This document shows positions 56,168-64,000 of a stretch of DNA of 64,000 bases, piece after piece. The notes beneath the pieces were generated by a model. The model was not told the DNA's origin, made no database searches, and saw nothing but the letters and a program-made list of their open reading frames with translations. Source of the DNA: a bacterium (GTDB lineage: Bacteria > Pseudomonadota > Alphaproteobacteria > Rhizobiales > JAKIUO01); the NCBI GenBank assembly GCA_024228495.1, contig JAAETJ010000576.1, positions 1,658 to 65,657 on the forward strand, written 5' to 3'. Positions within the stretch are counted from its first letter, which is position 1; each line of letters opens with the position of its first letter. Made by a program: the position numbers and the translations under genes.

Positions 56168-57973
56168 GTGGCGGTCAAAGCCCGAAATCGTGCTGGAAAA
56201 ACAGCAATTAAAAAAGGTGGAAAAAGCCGCTCAATCGGTCCCCTTAAATCTTTAAAACCATATTTGTTGCGCCATAGAACAATGGTGATCGGCGCTCTGG
56301 TGGCGCTTGTTGTCGCCGCTTTGGCAACGTTGACCGTGCCTGTCGGTGTGCGCCGGATGATCGATGCCGGGTTTTCGGCCTCCAATTCCGAGACCATCAA
56401 TACCTATTTCATAGCCATGTTTGCTGTTGGATTGGTTCTGGCATTAGCAAGTGCTGTACGCTTTTATTTTGTCAGCTGGCTGGGAGAGCGAATCGTTGCG
56501 GATCTTCGCACAGATGTTTTTAAGCGGTTGGCGACCCTAAGCCCGGCCTTTTATGATGTTACTCATTCAGGGGAGGTCATGTCACGTCTGACAGCTGATA
56601 CTACCCAGATCAAAAGTGCGGTCGGAAGTTCAGCGTCGCAGGCTCTGCGTAATTTTATCATGACCATTGGCGCTGTTGTCATGATGTTTGTGACCAGCCC
56701 CAAACTGGCTGGACTGGTGGTGCTGGCGATCCCGCTGATTGTGGTTCCGTTGGTTGGGCGTGGACGTTCGGTGCGCAAATTATCGCGCGATGCACAAGAT
56801 ACTTTGGCCATATCATCATCGGTTGCCGCTGAAAACCTGTCTTCCATACGCACCATGCAGGGCAATAGTTTCGAATCATCGGTGACACAGAGATTTTCGG
56901 CGGCTGTCGACAAAAGTTTTGAGGCTGCCAGAGTGCGCATGAAAGCACGCGCTGGCCTAACCGCTATCGCCATTTTTCTGGTGTTTGCCAGCATAATCAG
57001 TATCCTCTGGTATGGGGCCCAAAGTGTCCTGTCGGGTAATATGAGCGGCGGCACGCTTGGCCAATTTGTGCTCTATGCCGCAATTGCGGCTGGTTCGCTC
57101 GGTGGTTTAAGTGAGGTTTGGGGGGAAGTACAGGAAACCGCTGGTGCTGCGGAGCGATTGGCGGAGCTGTTAAAAACCAGTTCGGATGTCAAAGACCCAC
57201 AAAACCCGGCCAGTTTTGTCAAGGATAAAGCTGGATATATTTCCTTTAAGGATGTGCAGTTTTCCTATCCCTCACGCCCCGATACATCAGCCCTTGATGG
57301 GGTGTCGTTTGAGGTGAGTCCTGGCGAAACCGTCGCTATTGTAGGGGCTTCTGGTTCTGGAAAGAGTACGGTATTCAACCTGATCTTGCGCTTCTATGAT
57401 GCTGACAAAGGCTCGGTTTCAATCGATGGCCTTGATGTCAGTGATGTCAGACTAAGTGATCTGCGTAACCGCATGGCGCTGGTTCCCCAGGATATTGCTT
57501 TGTTTGCCGATACGGTTGCCGCCAATATTGCCTATGGTACCGATGGCGCGATCCGGGAAGATATCGTTAAAGCCGCCAAAGCCGCCTATGCTCATGATTT
57601 TATCAGTGAGCTTGATCGTGGTTATGATACGCCGCTTGGTGAACATGGTGTGACCTTGTCGGGAGGACAGCGTCAGCGTATTGCCATCGCACGCGCGGTC
57701 TTGCGTGATGCCCCCATTCTTCTATTGGATGAAGCAACCAGCGCGCTCGATATCGTGAGCGAGCGAGAAGTGCAAACCGCGCTTGAAGCCTTGAAAGAAG
57801 GCCGTACCACGCTCATTATCGCCCATCGCTTGTCGACGGTGCAAGATGCCGACCGTATTCTTGTCATTGACGGGGGGCATGTCAGCGAAGAGGGCACCCA
57901 CTCGACCCTCATTGATCGCGGTGGTTTATATAAAGAACTGGTAGATCTCCAGTTTTCCGAATCCTCGGTATAG
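56168..57973 (+). CDS. ABCB-type half transporter (fused 6-TM permease plus ATPase exporter)
   Basis: 601 aa with a GTG start. Walker A GASGSGKST, signature LSGGQRQR, Walker B LLLDEATSALD. Confidence 0.88.
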   Translation: MAVKARNRAGKTAIKKGGKSRSIGPLKSLKPYLLRHRTMVIGALVALVVAALATLTVPVGVRRMIDAGFSASNSETINTYFIAMFAVGLVLALASAVRFYFVSWLGERIVADLRTDVFKRLATLSPAFYDVTHSGEVMSRLTADTTQIKSAVGSSASQALRNFIMTIGAVVMMFVTSPKLAGLVVLAIPLIVVPLVGRGRSVRKLSRDAQDTLAISSSVAAENLSSIRTMQGNSFESSVTQRFSAAVDKSFEAARVRMKARAGLTAIAIFLVFASIISILWYGAQSVLSGNMSGGTLGQFVLYAAIAAGSLGGLSEVWGEVQETAGAAERLAELLKTSSDVKDPQNPASFVKDKAGYISFKDVQFSYPSRPDTSALDGVSFEVSPGETVAIVGASGSGKSTVFNLILRFYDADKGSVSIDGLDVSDVRLSDLRNRMALVPQDIALFADTVAANIAYGTDGAIREDIVKAAKAAYAHDFISELDRGYDTPLGEHGVTLSGGQRQRIAIARAVLRDAPILLLDEATSALDIVSEREVQTALEALKEGRTTLIIAHRLSTVQDADRILVIDGGHVSEEGTHSTLIDRGGLYKELVDLQFSESSV

Positions 57974-58071
57974 ATATGTTTCTAGAATGGATCACGAACT
58001 GTTTATTGGTCATATATTGCGGTTCGAAGATATGCTTGTGCATTGTTTTCAAACTGAGGTGACTAATCAAC

Positions 58072-58632
58072 ATGAGTATATTTGGTCGAACTTTACTCCT
58101 CTCAATTGTTATTGGACTATCCGTGCCAGCGGCATCTGTCGCCAAAAACCTGCCCCCGCATATATCTTTGCCGGCTCCTGAATGGGAAATATCGGAATGG
58201 ATCAACTCCAAAGGGTTCAAACTGTCGGAGCTTAAGGGCAAGGTGGTTGTGATCGATTTCTTCCAGCTATGGTGCCCAGGCTGCAATAGTTTCTCGGTTC
58301 CCCTGATGCACAAGTGGGAACAAAAATACGCCGATCAGGTGAAAGCAGGGAAGATACAGTTTGTGAGTATTCATACTGTCTTTGAAGGTCACAACTATCA
58401 AAACCCGGCACGCCTGAAAAAATATTTGAAGGAGAAGGGGATTGAGCATCCCGTTGGCGTTGATAAACAGCAAAAGGGTCACTATGTGCCCCTGACCATG
58501 CGCAGGTTTAATACCAAAGGCACGCCAGAGATGGCTATCATCGACAAGCAGGGCCGTATTCGCTTTCAGCGCTTTGGTTCATTTGATGTCGCCGCGTCCG
58601 AGCAGCTGATCGACCAATTGTTGAGCGAATAG
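58072..58632 (+). CDS. Periplasmic TlpA/redoxin-family thioredoxin-fold protein
   Basis: 186 aa with a signal peptide and FFQLWCPGCNSF motif. Confidence 0.8.
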   Translation: MSIFGRTLLLSIVIGLSVPAASVAKNLPPHISLPAPEWEISEWINSKGFKLSELKGKVVVIDFFQLWCPGCNSFSVPLMHKWEQKYADQVKAGKIQFVSIHTVFEGHNYQNPARLKKYLKEKGIEHPVGVDKQQKGHYVPLTMRRFNTKGTPEMAIIDKQGRIRFQRFGSFDVAASEQLIDQLLSE

Positions 58633-58637
58633 GGAAG

Positions 58638-59672
58638 CTACTGATTGGTCAATTTGAGCTCGATACGCCTGTTGCGGCGATAAATTTCGGGATCATCACC
58701 AAGAGCAAGGGGCTTGAACTCCCCAAAACCTGCGGCCATCAGTCTTGAAGGTTTAACCCCTTGTGACGTGAAATAGCGCACAACACTGAGCGCTCTTGCG
58801 GATGACAGCTCCCAATTGCTTGGAAATTGTACGGTCTGAATGGGCGTTGCATCTGTGTGTCCATCAACCCGTAATATCCAGTTGATTTCCTCGGGGATCT
58901 CGCCTTCCAGTGAGACAAGTGCCTGCGCAAATTGATTGAGCTGAATGGCAGCGAGGGGGTTGAGTTCGGCTGAACCGGCTGAAAACAGCACTTCTGACTG
59001 GAACACGAATCGATCGCCCACTACGCGGATATCATCACGATCACCCAGCACCTGCCGCAAACGTCCAAAAAACTCTGAACGATAGCGAGACAATTCTTGA
59101 ACTTTACGGGCCAGAGCGATATTTAAACGCCTGCCAAGGTCGGCAATCCGCGTTTTATTTTTGTTTTCGCGTGCTTGTGCGGCATCAAGAGACGCGTTGA
59201 TCGCAGCTAGTTGACGGCGCAAGGCCGCCATTTGATGATTGAGTAACTCCACTTTGGCGAGGGCACCAGTGCTGATCTTCTTTTGATCTTCCAGCGAGCT
59301 TGAAAGTCCTGAAACCTTTGTATTGGCGGCTTTAGACTTGTTACTTTCAACGCCAATGAGGCCCTGCAGACGTGATTTTTCGCCATCAGAGGTCGCAAGC
59401 GAGGCTGAAAGCGAGGCGATACTGTCTTCGAGCTTTTGTTTTTTGGTCTGTTCCAACGACAATAGTTCGGTCAGCTGAGTGATTTGCTGGGTCAGGCGTT
59501 GCAGAGCCGTGTCCTTGCCGCTGACTTCTTGCGAAACGAAGAAATTGGTCAGCATGAAAACGGATAGCAAAAAAGTCATGACCAATAGCAAGGTGGCCAT
59601 CGCGTCAACGAAGCCAGGCCAATAATCGGTGCTAGCGTTTGATCGGCGGGTTGATCGCGCATAGGAAGCCAT
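58638..59672 (-). CDS. MotB/OmpA-family protein: MotB-like TM with a conserved Asp, long coiled coil, and C-terminal OmpA-like peptidoglycan-binding domain
   Basis: 344 aa. N-terminal YWPGFVDAMATLLLVMTFLL, heptad-like region of about 160 aa (LQRLTQQITQLTELLSLEQTKKQKLED...), and C-terminal RVDGHTDATPI...SNWELSSARALSVVRYF. Confidence 0.75.
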   Translation of the reverse strand: MASYARSTRRSNASTDYWPGFVDAMATLLLVMTFLLSVFMLTNFFVSQEVSGKDTALQRLTQQITQLTELLSLEQTKKQKLEDSIASLSASLATSDGEKSRLQGLIGVESNKSKAANTKVSGLSSSLEDQKKISTGALAKVELLNHQMAALRRQLAAINASLDAAQARENKNKTRIADLGRRLNIALARKVQELSRYRSEFFGRLRQVLGDRDDIRVVGDRFVFQSEVLFSAGSAELNPLAAIQLNQFAQALVSLEGEIPEEINWILRVDGHTDATPIQTVQFPSNWELSSARALSVVRYFTSQGVKPSRLMAAGFGEFKPLALGDDPEIYRRNRRIELKLTNQ

Positions 59673-59675
59673 GAT

Positions 59676-60689
59676 CTATCTCCGGAAAGGTCCTGGCGGC
59701 TTGCCGCTCATGGTTTTGAGTGCCGAGGCAATATCTGATTGTTGATTGGCTTGCTCGTCCATCCATTCACGTACCACTTGTTGTTCGGCACGCATTTGTT
59801 TGACGAGCCCGTCAATGCCACTGGCGAGGTCCCGAACGCCTCCGTCTGCGCCGCCGCCGCTACCCTGTTGCAGATTTTGGGTGAGCAAGGCGATACTGCG
59901 CTGCAGTTCCTGCACTGCATAGCCAATTTGCGATGCTTCCGAGCCTGAATGAGCATCGGTTTCTCCAAGCGTCGTGATGGAGGCCAGCCAATCTTCGAGT
60001 TCATTGTAAAAACGATTTTGCGCATGGGACGCCTGAAGATCAAGAAAGCCAAGGATCAATGAGCCTGCCAGTCCAAACAAAGAAGAACTAAAGGCCGTGC
60101 CCATTCCGGACAACGGCGCTTTTAGACCGGAGATCAGGTCTTCCAATCCGCTTAGATTGTCGCCGCCAGTTGGTAGCGCCCCAATGGTTTTGCCGACAGA
60201 ATTAATGGTTTCCAACAATCCCCAGAAGGTGCCTAGCAGTCCAAGAAACACGAGTAGGCCGATCAGATAACGAGATGTGTCGCGCGCTTCATCAAGGCGA
60301 GAGCCAACCGAATCTAGAATTGAGCGCATGGATCCGGTTGAAAGCGCGATCGAGCCGGGGCGATCACCGAGCAGCTTGACCATGGGCGAGAGTAGCACCG
60401 GTGGTTTTCTCTGAGATTTGGTGATGTCAGACAGGCGAAAATGATTGACCCAGTTTATTTCTGGATAAAGTCGGATGATTTGGCGAAAGGAATAGATGGT
60501 GCCGAACAGCAAAACCCCGGCAATCAGGCCGTTGAGACCCGGATTGGCCATGAAGGCCCGAAATATTTGCGAATAAAGCAATAGGCCAATAAAACCGCAG
60601 GCCATCAGGAACAAGAACATCCAGCGCAGAAATACAGACGGTTTGGTCAGTGAATTCTGATAGTGCATTTCAACCATCTTTTCGCACAT
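59676..60689 (-). CDS. MotA/TolQ/ExbB-family proton-channel protein with a C-terminal coiled-coil tail
   Basis: 337 aa (alternative starts 60677 and 60668). Four TM segments, channel motifs LLGTFWGLLETI and MGTAFSSSLFGLAGSLILGF, and a helical tail of about 110 aa. There is a 3-nt gap to the MotB-like gene. Confidence 0.75.
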   Translation of the reverse strand: MCEKMVEMHYQNSLTKPSVFLRWMFLFLMACGFIGLLLYSQIFRAFMANPGLNGLIAGVLLFGTIYSFRQIIRLYPEINWVNHFRLSDITKSQRKPPVLLSPMVKLLGDRPGSIALSTGSMRSILDSVGSRLDEARDTSRYLIGLLVFLGLLGTFWGLLETINSVGKTIGALPTGGDNLSGLEDLISGLKAPLSGMGTAFSSSLFGLAGSLILGFLDLQASHAQNRFYNELEDWLASITTLGETDAHSGSEASQIGYAVQELQRSIALLTQNLQQGSGGGADGGVRDLASGIDGLVKQMRAEQQVVREWMDEQANQQSDIASALKTMSGKPPGPFRR

Positions 60690-60837
60690 CCCCCCAAAGG
60701 ATTTTATTTACAAGGATCTAACGCTTGTGGTTGATCCCGTTTTGTCGGCCCGATCTACAATATATAGATATTGTGGCAGGATAAATGCAAATCTATTGCA
60801 AAATCCCGGCTTTTGCCAGAGCTAATGGGTCCTGAGC

Positions 60838-61629
60838 TCAGGAATTGGGTGCGATGGTTTTTTGCAGCTCTTGCTGAATAGGGGCAGTGCCGGCAACGAT
60901 GCTGCCTTTGGTCAACATATTTTGTCCACCCTCGGCATCTGATACGAGACCACCTGCTTCGCGTACCAGCGCGATTCCTGCTGCCATATCCCAGGCCTGG
61001 ATACCGCGCTCCCAATACCCATCGAAGCGGCCAGCTGCCACCCAGGCCAGGTCAATCGCAGCAGATCCGGTGCGCCGTATACCAACAACGGATTGCATGA
61101 CGTCCCGGCATTCTTGAATAAATACCTCTTTACCTGACTTACCGCGATGAGGAACGCCGGTTACAATCACCGCATCTTCGAGCTTCTCGCGTCCCGCAAC
61201 CCGGATACGCCGGTCATTCAAGAAGGCACCCGATCCTTTTTCGGCGGTGAACATTTCATCCATGACGGGATTGTAGATCAAGCCAGCCACCAGTTTGCCG
61301 TCACGCTCGAGAGCGATCGATATGGCGAACTGGGGGATGCCGTGCAAATAATTGGTGGTGCCGTCCAGCGGATCGACGATCCACCGGTGTGTTTTGTCCG
61401 TGCCCTCGACAATGCCGCGCTCTTCCATCAGGAAGTTATAGTGTGGGCGGGCGTGGGACAATTCCTCATAGATGATTTTTTCGGCCCGGTGGTCGGCGCG
61501 TGAAACGAAATCTGCGGGGCCCTTGGTGGCCACCTGCAAATGCTCTACTTCCCCAAAGTCGCGTGACAAAGCACGACCCGCTTTGCGTGCGGCCTTGGTC
61601 ATGACATTCATAAGCGCCGATGCTGGCAT
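60838..61629 (-). CDS. suhB: Inositol monophosphatase family protein (SuhB-like)
   Basis: 263 aa. Motifs WIVDPLDGTTNY and WDMAAGIALV. Confidence 0.88.
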   Translation of the reverse strand: MPASALMNVMTKAARKAGRALSRDFGEVEHLQVATKGPADFVSRADHRAEKIIYEELSHARPHYNFLMEERGIVEGTDKTHRWIVDPLDGTTNYLHGIPQFAISIALERDGKLVAGLIYNPVMDEMFTAEKGSGAFLNDRRIRVAGREKLEDAVIVTGVPHRGKSGKEVFIQECRDVMQSVVGIRRTGSAAIDLAWVAAGRFDGYWERGIQAWDMAAGIALVREAGGLVSDAEGGQNMLTKGSIVAGTAPIQQELQKTIAPNS

Positions 61630-61701
61630 ATCTGTCCCCGGTTCTGATCAGTGGATATACATAAGAGTAAGAACGGGGTTTTCCCGCATTGAGATCAGGC
61701 T

Positions 61702-62556
61702 CTACCCTATAACGGCGATATTGTCGATAAGCCTTGTGCGCCCAAGCGTAGCAGCGATTAATAGTCGCGCCGGTTGGCCTTTATATTGTTTCAACGGAGC
61801 CAGCGTATTGGCATCGCACAATTCAAAATAGTCAAGCTGGAAGCCAGCCCTGGATAAAAGCTCAATTGTTTGTTGTGCAGCTTTGATCATGGGAGCGCCT
61901 TTTTGTAGTCGTGCGCGCGTTTCAAGTAGCCCCTTATGGAGCAGGGGGGCTGTCTGACGATCTGTTTTGGACAAATATATATTGCGTGAGGATCGCGCCA
62001 GCCCGTCGTTTTCGCGCACGATGGGACCGCTCATCACATCAACAGGCAGATCAAGATCAATCACAAGGCGCCTGATCACCAGCAATTGCTGGTAATCTTT
62101 TTCCCCAAATAACGCGATATCTGGAGTGCAATGCAGCAATAATTTTGTGACCACCGTCGCTACACCACCAAAAAAATGCGGACGTGAAGCACCGCAAAGT
62201 CCTTCAGAAATACCCGTTACGGAAATATTGGTTGAAAACCCCTGGGGGTAAATCTGGCTAGCGTCAGGGGCGTAGACAAGATCGACTCCGATTGTTTTGA
62301 GTTTGTTGAGATCGGCGCTCAGGTCGCGAGGATATTGATCGAGATCCTCGCCTTGTCCAAACTGCTTTGGATTGACAAACACGGAGACAATCACTTTGTT
62401 CGCAACGGTGCGCGCCAGCTTAACCAGCGACAAATGACCTTCGTGCAGAGCGCCCATTGTCGGCACCAAAGCGATCGTTTGGCTATTGTGTCGCCATTTT
62501 GATCTCACAGATTGGAGATCGGCAAGCTTGGATATGGTGCTCAAATCAATGCTCAT
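61702..62556 (-). CDS. panC: Pantoate--beta-alanine ligase
   Basis: 284 aa. VPTMGALHEGHLSLV and FGEKDYQQL motifs. Confidence 0.92.
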   Translation of the reverse strand: MSIDLSTISKLADLQSVRSKWRHNSQTIALVPTMGALHEGHLSLVKLARTVANKVIVSVFVNPKQFGQGEDLDQYPRDLSADLNKLKTIGVDLVYAPDASQIYPQGFSTNISVTGISEGLCGASRPHFFGGVATVVTKLLLHCTPDIALFGEKDYQQLLVIRRLVIDLDLPVDVMSGPIVRENDGLARSSRNIYLSKTDRQTAPLLHKGLLETRARLQKGAPMIKAAQQTIELLSRAGFQLDYFELCDANTLAPLKQYKGQPARLLIAATLGRTRLIDNIAVIG

Positions 62557-63065
62557 AAGCTGTGTTTTTTCTTACTCTATATATAGGCGGGTATTTCAAA
62601 CGTTATAAAAGCATGCCCCTTAAGGTTTTCATACCACTATTGCGATCGGCCAAAACAGGTGGATATTACAGGTACTGTCGGGACGGCAAGTGTGGAAACT
62701 ACAGGCGTTCGCTAACTCTGTACATATTGTCGTGGCACAAATGACACAACCTTGCCACATTTCCTTAATGAACCGTTAATGCGTGTTTACAGTTCCGAAC
62801 CAATAGTCTAATCCTGAAATAGAACAAACAGGAAGGGCCAGGTTCAGGTCGTCGAGGTTTGCCCCCATAATTTAGTTGGGGGCGGGTTCTTGGATCAAAA
62901 AGGTTCAGAGTTCGTTTGTGGGGTGAAACCCATCTAGGTTCAGGCCCTGTGGGATTGGTTAGGATCCCGGCCTGGTTGTGTAACTAAAAGAGTTATGTTG
63001 TTGTTGTGTCAGTTCGGGTATGGCAGTCAATGTAGCGGAAAATTAAAGTTAAGTGGAGAAGTAGT

Positions 63066-64000
63066 ATGATTGGGGGACTTTTAAAGTCAACAAGCAGCCT
63101 GGCTATTGTTGCCGCTGCTGGTATGTTCATCGGTGGTTTGGCCCTTACACCAGCAATGGCTGCTGATTTGGGTGGAGATTGCTGTGCGGATCTCGAAGAG
63201 CGCGTTGCTGATCTTGAAGCGACAACTGCTCGCAAGGGTAACCGCAAAGTTTCATTGACAGTTTCAGGCTGGGTCGCTCGCGATTTTGGCTGGATTGATG
63301 ACGCAGATGGCTTCAGTGAATTTTATGCAAGTGGTCATGGTCCATCAGGATCACGCGTCCAGTTCGCTGGTAGCGCTAAAATGTCATCAAACTGGACTGC
63401 AGGTTATGTGCTTCGTTTTCGGATTACAGAAGATCGTAACAGCACTACGCTTACAAATGCTGGTTCCAGTCAGGGTGGTGGATTTGTCCACCCAACAAAG
63501 CTTGACAAAAACTATATCTACTTCAAAAATGCTGGATTTGGTACATTTGTTCTTGGGCATACTTATGCTCCAACCGATGGTGTTGCCGAGATTTCTCTTG
63601 GTGGACGCGGTGTAACAGGTGCATCTAGTGCGAGCCTTTGGAATGCAACTGATTTGAATGGTTTCAATCTGGAAAACGGCGATCATGAAGCGGTTGCTTA
63701 CATCTCACCAACAATAGCTGGCTTCACTCTCGCTGTTGCCTGGGCCGATCTCGATGATCATGTCACCGCACTTGGTGGTGGTGTAGATGTATGGGATATG
63801 GCTCTTCGTTATGCCAACGAATTTGGTCCAATCCGCATCGCTGCTGGTATTGGTTACACAACAACTGATGATGATACCAATGCAGCAGGTGCTGCTGTAG
63901 ATGGTGCAAATGTCATGGGTTCAATCGCCCTGTTGCATGTTCCTACCGGTTTGAACGTAGCATTCGCTGCTGGTACAGAGGTCGACGGTGGTCTCGGTAC
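63066..64000 (+). CDS. Outer-membrane porin (alphaproteobacterial Porin_2 type), 5' part; continues beyond the window
   Basis: Not in the ORF track because no stop lies within the window. The ATG at 63066 follows a GGAGAAG RBS. MIGGLLKSTSSLAIVAAAGMFIGGLALTPAMA signal, then ADLGGDCCADLEERVADLEATTARKGNRKVSLTVSGWV and beta-strand-like repeats. Confidence 0.8.
   Translation, partial: MIGGLLKSTSSLAIVAAAGMFIGGLALTPAMAADLGGDCCADLEERVADLEATTARKGNRKVSLTVSGWVARDFGWIDDADGFSEFYASGHGPSGSRVQFAGSAKMSSNWTAGYVLRFRITEDRNSTTLTNAGSSQGGGFVHPTKLDKNYIYFKNAGFGTFVLGHTYAPTDGVAEISLGGRGVTGASSASLWNATDLNGFNLENGDHEAVAYISPTIAGFTLAVAWADLDDHVTALGGGVDVWDMALRYANEFGPIRIAAGIGYTTTDDDTNAAGAAVDGANVMGSIALLHVPTGLNVAFAAGTEVDGGLG

Noticed and set aside
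58638-60689. Zorya-like defence system (ZorAB)
   Set aside because: The MotA-like protein is only 337 aa, with no long ZorA tail of several hundred residues. No ZorC/ZorD/ZorE-like genes are adjacent. I kept it as an orphan stator pair instead.
62562-63686. ORFs 62562..62744, 62993..63247, 63286..63615 and 63387..63686 around the porin locus
   Set aside because: The last three overlap or oppose the clearly real porin reading frame that starts at 63066. The first has no RBS or features and lies in the probable porin leader/promoter region.
1-64000. CRISPR arrays, tRNA/rRNA genes, prophage blocks, toxin-antitoxin pairs or known defence systems
   Set aside because: I found no regularly spaced direct repeats, no tRNA-like cloverleaf or GGTTCGAATCC-type T-arm in the intergenic regions, and no phage structural, integrase or nuclease/helicase defence genes.

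Overview
This is a 64-kb chromosomal segment that looks alphaproteobacterial and Hyphomicrobiales/Rhizobiales-like. The evidence for that placement is a Porin_2-type porin with an N-terminal CCADLEERV motif, the aroQ-accB-accC-aat block, an NDUFA12-like gene, and a long CarB. The window is about 90% coding. I saw no rRNA, tRNA or CRISPR. All family calls come from motifs read in the supplied translations and sequence; no searches were run.

Layout:
(1) 0.1-17.9 kb. A Tat-exported two-subunit periplasmic formate dehydrogenase with Cys rather than Sec at the active site, a TorD-like chaperone and a tiny Tat-signal peptide gene. Also Moco/W-cofactor genes (moaA, fdhD, mobA, mobB, two tandem moeA) and a tungstate-type ABC transporter with a DUF1244 insert. 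Embedded here is a conserved module of unknown function: DUF3306, DUF3305, a 695-aa polyferredoxin, a degenerate biotin/lipoate-ligase-fold protein and a 64-aa protein.
(2) 17.96-19.55 kb. Wrecks of an IS5-family and an IS630-family transposase around an orphan membrane ORF.
(3) 19.56-36.1 kb. A TlpA-like reductase, ubiE/menG-like, menA and a BASS transporter abut a clade II (Sec-dependent, nosR-less) N2O reductase cluster. Its order is nosZ, two dihaem cytochromes c, nosB-like, nosD, nosG, nosH, nosF, nosL, nosY. FNR/Dnr-type boxes, a third dihaem cytochrome, a decayed pentapeptide-repeat gene and a DUF2946-like gene follow.
(4) 36.5-64 kb. Housekeeping genes: purB, purU, trpB2-like, MMPL/RND, carB, greA, rpmE, decayed sfsA, an aminotransferase, M48 protease, DsbA-like, DUF2155, aat, accC, accB, aroQ, an ABC exporter, a redoxin, a MotA/MotB-like stator pair, suhB, panC and a partial porin.

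The best candidates for something new are these:
- the clade II nos island with attached menaquinone genes in an alphaproteobacterial backbone;
- the 118-aa haem-less C-terminal extension on NosZ;
- the DUF3305/DUF3306/polyferredoxin/BPL-fold module;
- the orphan coiled-coil stator pair.
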